This document shows positions 1 through 12,372 of a stretch of 64,000 nucleotides of DNA, in pieces. Each line of letters opens with the position of its first letter. The first letter of the stretch is position 1. Both the position numbers and the translations under genes were made by a program. The notes beneath the pieces are model-generated. The model was not told the origin of the DNA, searched no databases, and saw only the letters and a list, made by a program, of their open reading frames with translations. This stretch comes from Yuukianura sp. NJ FZ-2021 (taxonomy: Eukaryota), in NCBI GenBank assembly GCA_046563655.1, contig CM102288.1, positions 3,844,001 through 3,908,000 of the forward strand, written 5' to 3'.

Positions 1-147
1 GCAATTTTAAAATTGGTCAACTCTGATCAAATCGAGCAGCAATATGGCGGCACAAAACCACACTTAAAATTTACTCCTCTGTCTCCAATTATTCGAGAGA
101 GAGTACGACAGCGACTTTCAAGCAATAGGAATGCCACTAAAAGTTAA
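1..147 (+). CDS. 3' end of a CRAL-TRIO/SEC14-like gene (paralog A, partial at window edge)
   Basis: Frame 1 reads AILKLVNSDQIEQQYGGTKPHLKFTPLSPIIRERVRQRLSSNRNATKS*, nearly identical to the C-terminus of the gene ending at 2488. Confidence 0.85.
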   Translation, partial: AILKLVNSDQIEQQYGGTKPHLKFTPLSPIIRERVRQRLSSNRNATKS

Positions 148-1227
148 ACTAAGCAATCGAAGTAACAGAAAAATACATGCACACGCAACTTTTGAACTTT
201 TCATGTCGTTTTTTGTCTTCTTTGTCAAATGCGAGAATAAGTTCAATCATAATTTCGCACGACCAGTAGATTTTGTCTATTCTACTGTTTAGTAGTTTTA
301 GTTGTGGGTTTGCAGAATTCAGTAATTTCGTATTGTGAGATCAAGGTTGCTTAACATGTAAGTTCAAAATTCAAAATTTCAACTGAAATTTTCAAAAAAG
401 TGCTCTTCAAAAAAGTATTTTCCTAGTTTGGTATTACCCTTCTGTTGGAAGTGTTTAAAACTATACGAATCCTACTACTCAAATCCATTATTCACATCGC
501 ATTTTTGTTAACTAATGGTGGGCTAACATTGTCAAAACGCCAAAACTTTATCAAAAAAAATTTAAAGTTCAAATTTGACCTTTGACCCCACCATTTGGTT
601 ACCCACCCAAAAAATAAAGTAACAAAGACAAAATCACAAGCAAGCTGGTTGGTAATCCGGCAAAGTTTAATTACCTATACTGGCATCATTTCTAAGTTTA
701 GTTTTAATTTTAGTTTGCAACTTCATTTATAATTTTAGTCACGTGTAATGTAAAATGCAACAATACTTTGAATCAAAACATGAATTTAAATTTCAAATTA
801 TTTGAATGATTCAGGTTCTGGAAGTCAATGGATAATGTAGGAAAAACAACGTTCTCAGTCTGGTGAATTTTCACTTTAAAAAAAACTTAAGTGCAATTTT
901 AGTTGTAATGTACAAAGATTTTTATGGTGATGCTTCCAGATAAGCATAACTTCAGAAGCTTTTTAATTGCAATTTCGTATTTCAAATGAATACGCTTAAA
1001 ATAATGACGTTTGTGGTTTGACTGGTCCTTTTTGCACACGAAATTCCCAAAACCATATTATCACTTACATCTTATGTATGAAGATTTTGGCCTTGGGCGA
1101 TGTTGCTGGACTTAAATTACTCCAAAATCGAAAAAAAAAACTGGTTTCAAAAAAGTAAGAAACAGTGAATTATCTCAATTCACACGACAGAATTGGATCA
1201 AACCTCGCAAAGAAGAGTAAGGGAAAA

Positions 1228-2488
1228 ATGAATCTCCACAATATTTGGAAAATAGTTGCAGTTTTGCAGGTTTTTAATTTTTTTCATACTTTTGCTCAAA
1301 TTGTTCCAAAGAATTTTACGGCAACTGAGAAGAAGGCACTGGAACAGGTAAAACAAAACTTTTTCTTTTCAAACTTTTATGAAAAACTAACTTCATTTTC
1401 AAAAAATTCCCAGTTTCGTTCTCGTGTTGGTGCACATTTGCATCGTGATTTTATGAAACGAGATGAATACCTCATCAGATGGTTACGAGATCAAGACTAC
1501 GATTTGAACAGAGCCCAGGAAAAACTATTTACTGTAAGATACAAAACTTGAATTTTTGAAAAATTTTTAGAAAAGAATGACTCTGAAAATTTTAAGCAAG
1601 TTTTTAGTCTCTTAGATGGAGAAAAGAGAACAAGGTGGATTCGATTTTAGTTAACGAAGACTTTTCTGACATTGAAAAGCTATGTCCGTTTAATGTGGAT
1701 GGACGAGACAAACTGGGCAGGCCAGGTAATTCGCAGTAAAGAAAATCAAAAATTCTACGCCAAAAAACTTTTTGACCCAATTTTTTTTTGAAAAGTTGTG
1801 ACAGTAAGTCTGGGCTCTTGTCCTGTGCGCAAGATCTTGTTGCTTGGCAACATTGACCGACTGCATCGCGTATTCTACTTTGTCTTTGAAGCAGGAAGCT
1901 TCATCATTCAGGAATTGCAAGAACAAGGATCGCCAGTTGCCGATGCCCTCATGATTGTCGATTTCAACAATTTCAACATGAGGGAGCATGGTTGCTTGAG
2001 ATGTAAGGAAAATCAAAATTTCCAAACTTTTTTTTTCAAAATTTGTACATTCTCGTTTCAACAATATCCTGCAGGCATTCCAATTGCTCTGGACGTATTG
2101 ACTCTCTACGAGAACTACTACCCGCTCTACGTCTCACATCTTTTTGTAATCAATGGTAAATTGACTAAACGTTTAATTTCTAAAACAGGGTGAAATTGAA
2201 TTTTGAACCAATTGCTGTTGATCTTATTTGACAGTTCCCAGAGTTGCAGAAGCCTTGATACCACTAGTATGGCCATTATTATCAGAACGAAGTAAACAGA
2301 GTGTCCATATTTTTGGATTCAATCGACCAGAGTGGCAAAAAGCAATTTTGAAATTGGTCAACCCTGATCAAATTGAGCAACAATATGGCGGCACAAAACC
2401 ACTCTCAAAATTTACTCCTCTATCTTCAATTATTCGACAGAGAGTACGACAACGACTCTCAACCAATGGAAATGCCACTAAAACTTAA
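1228..2488 (+). CDS. SEC14-like CRAL-TRIO lipid-binding protein with N-terminal signal peptide (paralog B, 6 exons)
   Basis: Spliced GT-AG model: MNLHNIWKIVAVLQVFNFFHTFAQ...; CRAL-TRIO-N 'DEYLIRWLRDQDYDLNRAQEKL..SLRWRKENKVDSIL'; 'DGRDKLGRP'; 'YENYYP..FVINVPR'; 'DQIEQQYGGT'. No GOLD domain. Confidence 0.88.
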
Positions 2489-2569
2489 ACTTAACATAAC
2501 TTTAACTCCAAGTATAATCTGAGCATGAACTTAACAGTTTCCGAGTCCAAAACATAGCAGATCAAAACC

Positions 2570-2601
2570 ATAAGCGCGAATTCGGCGAGTTGGCAACAAT
2601 G
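2570..2601 (-). repeat. Short dispersed repeat copy (inverted partner of 4380-4412), MITE/hAT-like terminus
   Basis: Reverse complement reads cattgttgccaactcgccgaattcgcgcttat versus cagtgttgccaagttgctgatttcgcgcttat at 4380. Confidence 0.55.
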
Positions 2602-3421
2602 GAACTTAACTAGGATTGGCTATCAAACGTTAGGTTTTAGTCTTCTTCAGACGCCTATTGATACGACTTTGTATTATTGAGTATTTTCCTTGAAAACGAA
2701 AGGAAATATAAAAATAATTTCATCCTTGTTCATTAGTTCAACAGAGTTCAATTAAATTTTCAATTTCTAAGGCTACTTCGTCATATCCAGTTCTAGGAAT
2801 TTCTCTGGAGTTGCACGGAAACTCGCAGTTAATACACATTAGACGTTCTTGGTTGTAGACGTACTACTATTTTTTGCTTTTGTGCAAAACCATTTTTTCC
2901 ATGATTTAAACAATTGTATTGTGTGATGCAACAGAAGATGGAAGATGTAAAAACCGTTTTGATTGTTCCAATGTCCCTGGGGTGTCCCGCATGCATAAAT
3001 AGAATTACCCACTCCACACTACACCAGTTCCAGGTTAGTTGTGGACGCAAAACTAAATCAAGCTGACCAAATTACGTTGAAATAGAAATTATATTACGAA
3101 CAACAATATCAACAGTTTCATTTTCAAGCGTGTTTAACGTCTTTTAGTACTATGCGTCATTCTTCACTTCCGTGAGAGCCCATCGTTTGAAATTCCCGTT
3201 GCTCCTCCTTCCGGTTACAACCAACCGGACTCGCCAAAAATAACTTGCCATTTTGAGTTCTCGTGAATCCAATTTATTCTTGCAGATTACTAATTAGTAC
3301 CTATGTGTTCGCAAAAAATGGTGCTCTACTGTCACCTTGTCTTTTCAATTTTCTTGTTCTAAGCACATTAGTCGTTTGACTCTGGTTCAGCCCACGTTTT
3401 TAGTAGCATTTTTGAAGCACA

Positions 3422-4210
3422 ATGGAATCTCAACCGTTTTTGATCCGATGCTGGCAGCTCACCAAAGTTATTACGCTGATTTATCTAATTTCTTCGATAA
3501 GCGGATATGCTGTTCCTCAGCAATCTGGTTCCGACGAACTCTGTAAAACCGAAACCGACGCTTCTGGCTCGGATGATTCCGGAAATTCTTTTCTTACTTC
3601 GCGCATCACCTATGGTTTTGACCCAGTTACTCGGAAATGCTACCCTGTCAATGGACCAGATCATACAGCTCCGTGTACCAACGGAATGAAGTTTTTCCAG
3701 CGTCCGGACAATCCGAGTTTCGGATTTTGCGACTGTGACCAGGATGCGCCTACTATATACAGTCAAGCAACTGGGAAGTGTTACTATCTCTTCCGTCAGG
3801 TATTGAGTTTTTCAAAAAACAGAAATTTTTAGGCTGAATTTTGATTTAAATTTTTCCAGGAATATTGTGACAAGGGGGAGTGGTTACAGGTCTGTCAGAC
3901 TGGACATTTGGAATGCAAGCCTGACCCGTGCATAGCCGCTAGACAGAATTCTTATGAAGGTCAAATGTCACGGCCAATCGTTTACTTCCAGGAGAAATGT
4001 GTCCAACTTGGCCAAAGCTGTGGTGAAAACGATAGCAACGAAATTCGGTTGTCAGACACGTTCCAACCATCGTGTGAGCCCAGACTATACTTTTCAATTG
4101 CATCGTTTGGTGGAGGTTTGTCAATACCCACACTGAAATGCTCCGAAGGAACTCGGTGGTCAAGTCTTACCGAAAGCTGCAAGAAAACGTTGACTTTTGA
4201 CTTTAGCTAA
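3422..4210 (+). CDS. Secreted cysteine-rich protein, DUF4789-like (2 exons, intron 3800-3859)
   Basis: Hydrophobic leader (VITLIYLISSISGYA), then 'RKCYP..APC', 'FGFCDCD', 'IYSQATGKCYYLFRQ|EYCDKGEWL', 'LECKPDPC', 'CVQLG..C', 'CSEGTRWS..SC'. Cys pattern typical of arthropod DUF4789 proteins. Confidence 0.7.
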
Positions 4211-4269
4211 AAACACGAACCGATCTGCTAGAATTTCGGAACATTTTGAAGCACGTAATTTTTGACTGT

Positions 4270-4312
4270 ACCATGGGCATGGAGACTAGATATGTTTGAC
4301 ATCCCTGCTCAT
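4270..4312 (+). repeat. Dispersed ~45-bp repeat (copy 1; copy 2 inverted at 62824-62866)
   Basis: accatgggcatggagactagatatgtttgacatccctgctcat versus reverse complement of 62824-62866, actacgggaatggagactaaatatttttgacatccctgctcat. Confidence 0.65.
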
Positions 4313-4379
4313 TAGGTTAGGTTATTAAAAAGTGTGGGTTTAGTTTTTGAAGGTTGTGGGTTTAATGTCATTGATAAAA

Positions 4380-4412
4380 CAGTGTTGCCAAGTTGCTGAT
4401 TTCGCGCTTATG
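4380..4412 (+). repeat. Short dispersed repeat copy beginning CAGTGTTGCCAA (MITE/hAT-like terminus)
   Basis: Inverted match to 2570-2601. Confidence 0.55.
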
Positions 4413-4911
4413 TTTTCGCGCTAATGACCTTGAACCGTACAAAATCAGGTAATAAAACAAATACTAAAAATTAAAGAATCTGAGAAATAATGCGTTTGCA
4501 ATTGGATTTTTGTGTTGCTTTTTGTCTTGGTTGTAGTGTCTAAAAAATTGTTTCTAAAAGTTAGATTAGTTGATTAAAAACGTCTCACGCTTAAATAAGT
4601 GGATTTTGACATGAAGGGAAGTTGGAAGTTAAATTCTGGTTTGACGAGAATTCCAAGTACTTCAACAACCGTGTTCCTTTGACCTTGTTTTTGATCTTTC
4701 CTGGAATTCCCTTTAAAAAAAAGTGCAGCTCTGCTCAATTTTTAGTTTAAGTTGTTCCTCTTTCATGGTAATTATTGACTAAATTACTACTTCGGAACTA
4801 AGAGGGAAGTTTTGAATCTTAGTAAATTTTAGCAATTGATATGAATTAGACGCAGTCACGCTCTTTTGGTCAAGATTCGGAAAGATTTAGTCAAAATCTC
4901 AATTAGACAAT

Positions 4912-6336
4912 ATGAACTTTCCTAATATTTTGAAAACCGGCTTAGTTTTGCTATGTTTTCTAAACTTCGTTTCTGCTCAATATGTTCCTGGAAATTACAC
5001 AAAAGCAGAGCGGAAAGCTCTTTTTCAGGTAAACTTTGATTTTCAATTTCTGGAATTCAAAATTCACAAATAAAAAAAAAATTTTTTTTTGAATTTTTTA
5101 GCTTCGGCCCCTCGTTGAACCACATCTCTACAGAGATTTTATGAAAAGAAATGAATTTCTCATAAGGTACTTACGGGACCAAGATTTGAATGTCAAAAAA
5201 GCTCAGGCAAAAATTTTGGCGGTAAGATTCAAAAATTAGTCGTAAGTCGATTTTCAGAATTTTCATTTATTTTCAAAATTCATATTTTTTTTGGAAATTA
5301 GACTATGAAATGGAGAAAAGAGAACAAAATTGATACGATTTTGGATGAAGAGGATTATTCAGAAATTGAAAAACTTTGTCCTTACAGTATGGATGGAAGG
5401 GATCGGATGGGCAGACCGGGTAAATTCAAAAATTTATCAAAATTTGATTCTTTTTTTCAAAAAAGTTGTTTTTCAGTTGTGACCTCTGCCCTTGGGTCAT
5501 GCCCTGTTCGAAAAATTATTGTTGGCGGGAACTTGCCGAAGTTTAAGCGCATGTTTATCTATGCACTGGAAGGAAGTGTCTCCGTACTTGCAGAAATTCA
5601 GGACAAGGGAATTCCTGTAGCCGACGGAATGTCGGTTTTTGACGTCAGCAATTTCAGTCCCAGAGAACATTCCTGCATCCCATGTAAAGTTCGAAATTTT
5701 CAAATTTTGATATTTCAAAAGAGCTTTTCGAAAACCGTAATTTCTTTCTTCAAGGTATTCCGATGGGTCTAGAACTTTTCCAAATTTTTACGCAACATTA
5801 CCCGGAAATTGTCAGCGATTATTTCATCATCAATAGTAAGAATGGAACTTTCAAAAAAGTTTTAAAAATTTGGAAATTTGTTGTAATTTTTTTTTCGCTT
5901 TGCAGTGCCAAGAGCTGCAGTAAGTCTTATGCCAATTCTGCGTCCATTGTTGCCAGTACGCTATTCTCAGCGGCTCCACTTTTTCGGCTTTAATCGTCAA
6001 CAGTGGCAGCGGGAGCTTTTTAAGTACGTGGCTCCAGATCAGTTGGAGCCACAATTCGGTGGGACCAAGCCACGCAGGAAATTTATGTCATTTGCTGAAA
6101 CACGTAGACTCAAACTGGCAGCACAAAATGCTGGTTTGGAAAATTTGAAAAACGGAGGTCGCACTTTGACCCACGCTGTTTCCTCTACGACAAGTTCATC
6201 TACGACACAATATGTGACGGAAGATGAGTCATTTGCGGATGACCAGATTTTGGCAACAACAGATCCATCAGAAATTCTGTCATACGCTGAACTGCAAAGC
6301 AGACTTCAAAATTTGACAAAATTGTTTCAACTTTGA
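4912..6336 (+). CDS. SEC14-like CRAL-TRIO protein with signal peptide and Ser/Thr-rich C-terminal extension (paralog C, 6 exons)
   Basis: Exon 1 MNFPNILKTGLVLLCFLNFVSAQYVPGNYTKAERKALFQ; same intron positions as paralog B; 'NEFLIRYLRDQD', 'DGRDRMGRP', 'QHYPE', 'QFGGT'. Confidence 0.88.
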
Positions 6337-6853
6337 AAAAACTGAAGTTTTTTTTTCAAATCTTTTTATTAAAAATCTATTTTTTGACAATAAAACATTG
6401 ACGGAATATTTTGGTTCTGTGTGCAACTTTTGTTATCTAAGAACATAAAAGATTCGTGGGAAATGAAGACAGAATGTTTTTTTGTGTGTTTTTAACAGCG
6501 TGTTTAACTACGTGAAAATTGGCACGTTTTCCCACGTTGTTGGCAATGTGCAAAAACAATCTGCACACGCGTAACAAAGAACAATTTGAGGATGTAATTA
6601 ATTTTTGCAGGAAAAAATATTTTTTCTGAAAATTTGTTTATTTCTGTGTACAGTGTCGTCAGTTTCTGGTTTGACAAGTTCCTTAAAAATTATTTGAAGA
6701 TACAAAATGCCCTGGTGGATGATTGTCCTTGGTCCAGTGGGATTAAAAGTCATAAGAACAAGAAGGCTAGAAGCATTTCGCACTTTTGCAAAAATTTTCG
6801 CAACCTGCAATTTGCAATAATTTGCAATAAGGATTTCCACTGTTGTACCAGAA

Positions 6854-8187
6854 ATGAATTTGCAAACTGTCGTAAACTTGTTGACTTTGATTTGGGGTTT
6901 GGCTCTTGTTGAGGCACAGAATGCCGGAAATTATACTGTTAAGGAAAGAAAAGCACTCAAACAGGTTTGGATTTACAAAATTTTAAAATTTTGAAAAACA
7001 GTTTTTGGAAAGTATGAAATTTTGACTTCATTTTCAGTTTCGGACGCTTGTGGCTAAAGACTTGTACCGAGATTTTATGACACGCGATGAGTATCTCATA
7101 AGATGGATTCGTGATCAGGATTTCAATTTGAGAAGAGCACAAGAAAAACTCATGACTGTAAGAAAAGTTCATAAATTTCAAAAATTTGGAACTTTTTTTG
7201 AAATTTCAAAATTTTGTTTTTCGAAATAAGACACTGAAATGGAGAAAAGAAAACGGAATTGACACGATTTTGGAAGACGAAGATTTTTCAGACATTGAAA
7301 AAATGTGTCCCTACACTGTTGATGCCCGGGATCGAGTGGGTAGACCAAGTAAGTATTAGGGGGTTTCGAAATTTTAAAAAAGTTTTCAAAATTTTTTCAT
7401 AATTTGATAATTTTAGTTTTGACTGCCTCCATTGGCTCCTGTCCCGTTCGGAAGATTGTGCTTGGTGGGAAATTTGACAAACTGCATCGTATGCTCTACT
7501 TTGCCTACGAAGCTTGCTCCGACATTATTCAAAATTTGCAGCAAAACGGATTGCCCTACGGCGATGGAATTGTCATATTTGATATCAGTAATTTCAACAT
7601 GCGGGACCACGGGTGTATCAGATGTAAGTAAATTTTGAAAAAAAAAAGTTCAAAAAGTTTCAAAATTTTGATTTTTAAATTGTTACAGGTCTTCCAATTG
7701 GTATTGACGCCCTGACTCTCTATGAATCCTACTATCCGCAGATCATTTCCCAGATTTTTGTTATCAATGGTAAGTTTCTTAGAAAAAAAAACTTCTTACA
7801 AACATCTTACTTTGTTTTCGACTGAAATTCAACTTGATGTACCAGTTTTGTCTCTTTTTGCTATATTTTGAAAACACTTTAGTAATTTGTTCCTTTTTGT
7901 TAAAAAATTTAGTTCCAAGAATTGCTGAAATTTTTGTTCCAATCATTCAACCGTTTCTGTCAGAAAGAACAAAGAAGGGACTTCATGTTTACGGATTTAA
8001 CAGAGAGGAATGGAAAAAGGACATTTTGAAGTTCGTGGCTCCGGAGCAACTGGAGCCACAATTTGGTGGGACCAAGAAACCAAGGAAATTTGTGCCCTAC
8101 CATTACGCCAAAACCAAATTCAGTCAGCAACCCATTTTTACAAAACACAACGCCACAACAAAAACAACAACAAGTCAAAAAATTTAA
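6854..8187 (+). CDS. SEC14-like CRAL-TRIO protein with signal peptide (paralog D, 6 exons)
   Basis: Exon 1 MNLQTVVNLLTLIWGLALVEAQNAGNYTVKERKALKQ; 'DEYLIRWIRDQD', 'DARDRVGRP', 'YESYYPQ', 'QFGGT'; conserved intron positions. Confidence 0.88.
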
Positions 8188-8500
8188 AATAATTTTGAAT
8201 TTATTGCAAAAATGTGCAAAGTTTGTTATGGTTTGTGCAAATTTGCGTCACTGAGCTTCACAATTATTGACGTAGAGTCTGATTTTTTTTTCAGAGACTA
8301 ATGTTTTTGTTTGACATTGAAACTAAGGTTCATAAAAATTAGCCGATGCTTTGAAACCGGTTTATGGCAAGTTTTGGCGCATGCAGAGAATGATTTGTTT
8401 GTTTGAAACAGTTTATAAAAGTCTTGTTTTTAAAAGTGATTATACTGATTATGTACAGAAATAATTTCTGAATTTGCACAACACGATTCCATGCGTTAAT

Positions 8501-8635
8501 ATGGTCAAACCCAATTTGGTCAAAAAGTTAAAAAGGTCAAATATAAAAAACATAGCCTAACCAGTAACTATAATAAATATTTATAACGGTTGGTATTTTT
8601 GACCTTTTCACTTTTGATCAAATTGTTTTGACCAT
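8501..8635. mobile_element. MITE-like element with long imperfect terminal inverted repeats
   Basis: Left arm atggtcaaacccaatttggtcaaaaagttaaaaaggtcaaa pairs with right arm tttgaccttttcacttttgatcaaattgttttgaccat, around a cctaacc-containing core. Confidence 0.55.
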
Positions 8636-8717
8636 TTCGCCTGCTACGGAACAACATATTTATAACAATGTAACTAACTTTTTAGATAAATGATAAATTT
8701 ATAATATAAATAGAAAG

Positions 8718-9704
8718 TTAGTTATCTTCAAAAACGGAACTGGACGTGTGATATCCCAAATTTGAAAAATCCTTGAGCACAACTTCAAATTTGCACTTGA
8801 CAAAACCTCCAGAATTTACACGCACAACTGAAATTCGACAGAGATGTCAAAATTTTACACAAGGTGGACCAAAACTATTCCTTTTTAAATGCTCATTTCG
8901 AAAAAAGTGTTGCATACGTTGTCTTCCTTCAGCTTGAGCCACAATTTTTGGATCAACGAACTCCGGTCGCCTTCCGAGGAGCCACGACGAAAGTTTCTGC
9001 AAAAATGTACTCGATTCGGGAACGAACAGCGGTAGACTAAAATCCAAAGTCAAACTTTTAAGTTTTGCTTTTGAAATTAAAATTTTCTAAACTTACATTT
9101 TAGTAAATGAGCCTTGGCTTAACGGAAGATGGGTCGACGTGTATCCACGAACAACGTGGTTCCCAAACATGTCACTGCCATACACGGACACTACGATCTG
9201 CGGCCCTGAAAAAATGGTCTTAGTTTTAAAAAGGTCATTGACCTTTATTTGACCTCAGTTGACCTTTGTTGACTTACAACCATGAGGATTTGAAGACTTG
9301 AAGGTCATTTCCAGTGGAAAGTTCCAGACAAACTTTCCCTCGGAATCTTTCTCTGTCAACTGAGAAACTCCCTCTTCAATTCCCTGAAACACAAAATAGT
9401 TTTAATTTTAATCAAATTAAACTAACTTAGCCAAAATTAATTTAATTTTAACTAAAATTAAACTAATTAATTAACTTACCGAGACAAACTCCCAGTCTGA
9501 CCCATAGAATAGAGAGTACTTGCAGTAGATGTCACGATGACCAAACAGTTCAGCACTTTCCAGTCGCCCAGTCACGTGGAGAGTGAAGTAACCCGGATTC
9601 TGATTGGTCGGAACGAGGTGGGTCCGTGGGCGGGGCAACGGTACGGTGGGACCTTGGTTCTCTTCAGAACTGGCACTGGAAGCACTGGATCCTCGTTCAG
9701 TCAT
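8718..9704 (-). CDS. B9D1: B9 domain-containing protein 1 (ciliary transition zone, MKS module), 5 exons
   Basis: Spliced: ...[24 protein letters not shown]...[39 protein letters not shown]...[44 protein letters not shown]...*, the characteristic B9D1 signature. Confidence 0.92.
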
Positions 9705-9814
9705 TATTCAAGTTTTAGTTACAGCTTGAATGATACTTTGGCAATGACCTCTGACCTAGGATTTGAAATCTCCGAAGAGAAGAGAGATTTCTGATTGAGA
9801 GTGTTTGTGGAAAA

Positions 9815-9876
9815 TTCTCCATAACAACCACTGGCTATCTCCATCTGTCTGTTTTCATCACCGTTACCAAGGCAAC
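9815..9876. promoter_or_regulatory. RFX X-boxes in the B9D1/IFT27 bidirectional promoter
   Basis: GTTACCAAGGCAAC at 9863-9876 (strong X-box) and TTCTCCATAACAAC at 9815-9828 (weaker), in the ~290 bp between two divergent ciliary genes. Confidence 0.75.
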
Positions 9877-9992
9877 CAAAAGTACAAAACAACCCGGAAT
9901 TCGGATTCTGTTCAAAAACTGGCACAATTTTTTTCAAAAACGAATTTCTTGAAAACGAACGATAATTTTGTGGAAGTTGGTGCTTGTACGGA

Positions 9993-11112
9993 ATGGAGAT
10001 GGAAGTGGCTGTAGAGAAGAACCAGAGGGTCAAGGCATTTAGCTTCAGTCCTCCTCAAACATCCCGGGAAGAACACGATGACCTTTTGACCTCTGGTGGT
10101 GCAGGTCAAGTTATGGCAAAAGAACGACCGAGTTCTCCCGCAAAGGCTTTGCCCCACAAACTACCGCCGATGCTCAAAATAGGAGTCATAGGTAAACAAA
10201 TCCAGCGAATATCAACGTAAACTCAACATTTAGCAGGAATATTTTTACATTTTTAAAAAATTGGTTGCAGGAGACTCCACGGCCGGGAAAACAGTAATTT
10301 GCGAAGCCTTTTGTCGCAAAAACTTCACTCCAGTCTCCAAGTATACTATGGCAAGTTCCATTTTTGGGGATTTTGTAAATTTTTGAATTTGAAATGGAAT
10401 GAAGACATTTTTGGCCCTTTAGACTTGCGGAGTGCGAATTTATGGAAAATGTATCACTTCGTCAGCACTCATTGCAGGAGACAACGAAGAAAGCAATTTG
10501 AAGGGAGAAGAGAAAGTGAACCTGATTCTGCTGGATTCGGCAGGAAAAGATCTCTACAGAGAATACCTCCCAAAATATGTAAGTTTATTTCAAAATTTTG
10601 GAAAAAGACAAATCGAAAAGTTTTTTAAAATTTTGAATTTTTGATGATTTTAGTGGGAGAAGTTGGACACTGTAGTGTTGGTGATCGACCTGACATGTCC
10701 CAATGCCCTTGACTCTGGAGCTGCTTGGATGGAGTACGTCCAGCAGTCGCTGACGTCAAGTACTTTTGCAGGTCAAGCCAAAAAGGCGGGAGTTTTGATT
10801 GGAAACAAAGCGGATCTGAAAGAAGCACGCGCTGTTTCGTACGATGACGCTTTAGCATTTGCTGAAAACCACAATCTGGAATACTTTGAATGTTCTGTCG
10901 TAAGGAAAAATGAAAACCACAGTTTAAAAAACAAGTTTTCGAATTTTTTTAAACTGTTTTTTTTTCAAAAATTTCAGCGAAACAACTTCGGTTTCGAAGA
11001 GCCGTTTCACTTTCTAGCTCGTGAGTGGTTTGAATTTCAGCAACAACGTCGACCGACCACGCGAGCTTCGTCGTCACTCTTCAAAGGCCAAGCGTCTAAA
11101 GACAGCCACTAA
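9993..11112 (+). CDS. IFT27: Intraflagellar transport protein 27 (RABL4), Rab-like GTPase
   Basis: Spliced: KIGVIGDSTAGKT (P-loop), KYTMTCGV, LLDSAGKDLY (DSAGK is IFT27-typical), GVLIGNKADL, LEYFECSV, FEEPFHFLA; no C-terminal prenylation Cys; one GC-AG intron at 10351-10422. Exact start ATG uncertain. Confidence 0.85.
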
Positions 11113-11282
11113 AAAAAGCGCTACAATTTGAAAAAATTTCAAAACGCAGGTCACAGAAAAAGTGAAAGGTCATTGACCTTTGACCTTCGATTGGTTTAAA
11201 CGTTGGTTCTATTTTTTATTTGTTAGTAACAAGTCATATTTAAGATTCATAGCTCCGCTTGATTGTTGCAACCCATAGATCT

Positions 11283-12372
11283 TCAAGAATAAATTTCTTT
11301 CTGTGCAAATCTTGGCAAGACGAAAGATGCGCGATGAATTTCCGAACTGTAGTAGCGCATGTTCAGAGAATCGAGTTGGTCAGACGTGAAAATGTGAATT
11401 GGTTCTTCGAATTTTGTTGCCTACAATACAAAAAACACAATGTATTTTCCAGTTTAGGTTGAAAGGTCATTGACCTTGACCTGTTAACCCTGTTGACCTA
11501 CCTTATTCTTGGAGCAGAGGAGGAACCCAATTTGACCTCCTGGGTACGTTGGAATGGACGTATAAGAGTAGCTGACTACTGGAAATATTTCTTTGCAAAA
11601 GTTGACCATGTTCCGGATAAGCCCTCCGTGGAACCACATGTTCTCTCCCTGCGAACACAAAATTCCATCGGGCTTCAGCGCTCCAGCGACCAGGCGATAG
11701 TAACTTTCCTGGAACAAGCTGGCAGCGGGACCTGAAATTTTGAAGTCCAAAGTCAAAATTTCATTTCGAAAACTTTTTTTTTTCAGGAATTTTGTGTTTG
11801 ATACCAATGGGATCTGACGAATCAGTGATAATGACGTCAAATTCGTTTTGATGTTTCCCCATAAACTCAAATCCGTCTCCCACGTGGAGGTGGAGCTTAG
11901 GACTGTCGAATCCAGAAGCCATGAATGGCAAATATTCTTTTGAGAGGTCAATGACCCTGCCATCAATTTCGCACTGGGTCACAGACTCCACCGTGGGAAA
12001 CTTAACCACCTCCCGAGCCACCCCACCATCCCCACCTCCAATGATCAACACGTTTACGGGATTTGGATGAGCAGCCAATGGGAGGAAAGAGATCATTTCT
12101 TGGTACGAAAATTCGTCACGCTCGGTACACTGAATTACTCCGTCCAGTGTCAACACTCGGCCGTAAGTCTTGCTAAAAAAGACAAAATTTAAGTAAAAAT
12201 TACACAAAATTTCGAAATTTTGAATTTTGAGTCTAACTTACGTCTGAAGCATCATCAAGTCCTGATACTCTGTTTTTTCCTGATGCAGAACTTTGTCCAC
12301 CTCGAGCGAAAAACATTGACCTTTCCATAGGTCACTCGTTTCACTGAACCAGCCTGGCTTCATGGAATCCAT
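11283..12372 (-). CDS. SRM: Spermidine synthase (4 exons)
   Basis: [25 protein letters not shown]...[18 protein letters not shown]...[14 protein letters not shown]...[14 protein letters not shown]...[11 protein letters not shown]...[10 protein letters not shown]. Confidence 0.95.

Noticed and set aside
2938..3033. Plus-strand exon-like stretch MEDVKTVLIVPMSLGCPACINR ending in a donor-like site
   Set aside because: Only faint resemblance to a SEC14 exon and no matching flanking exons.
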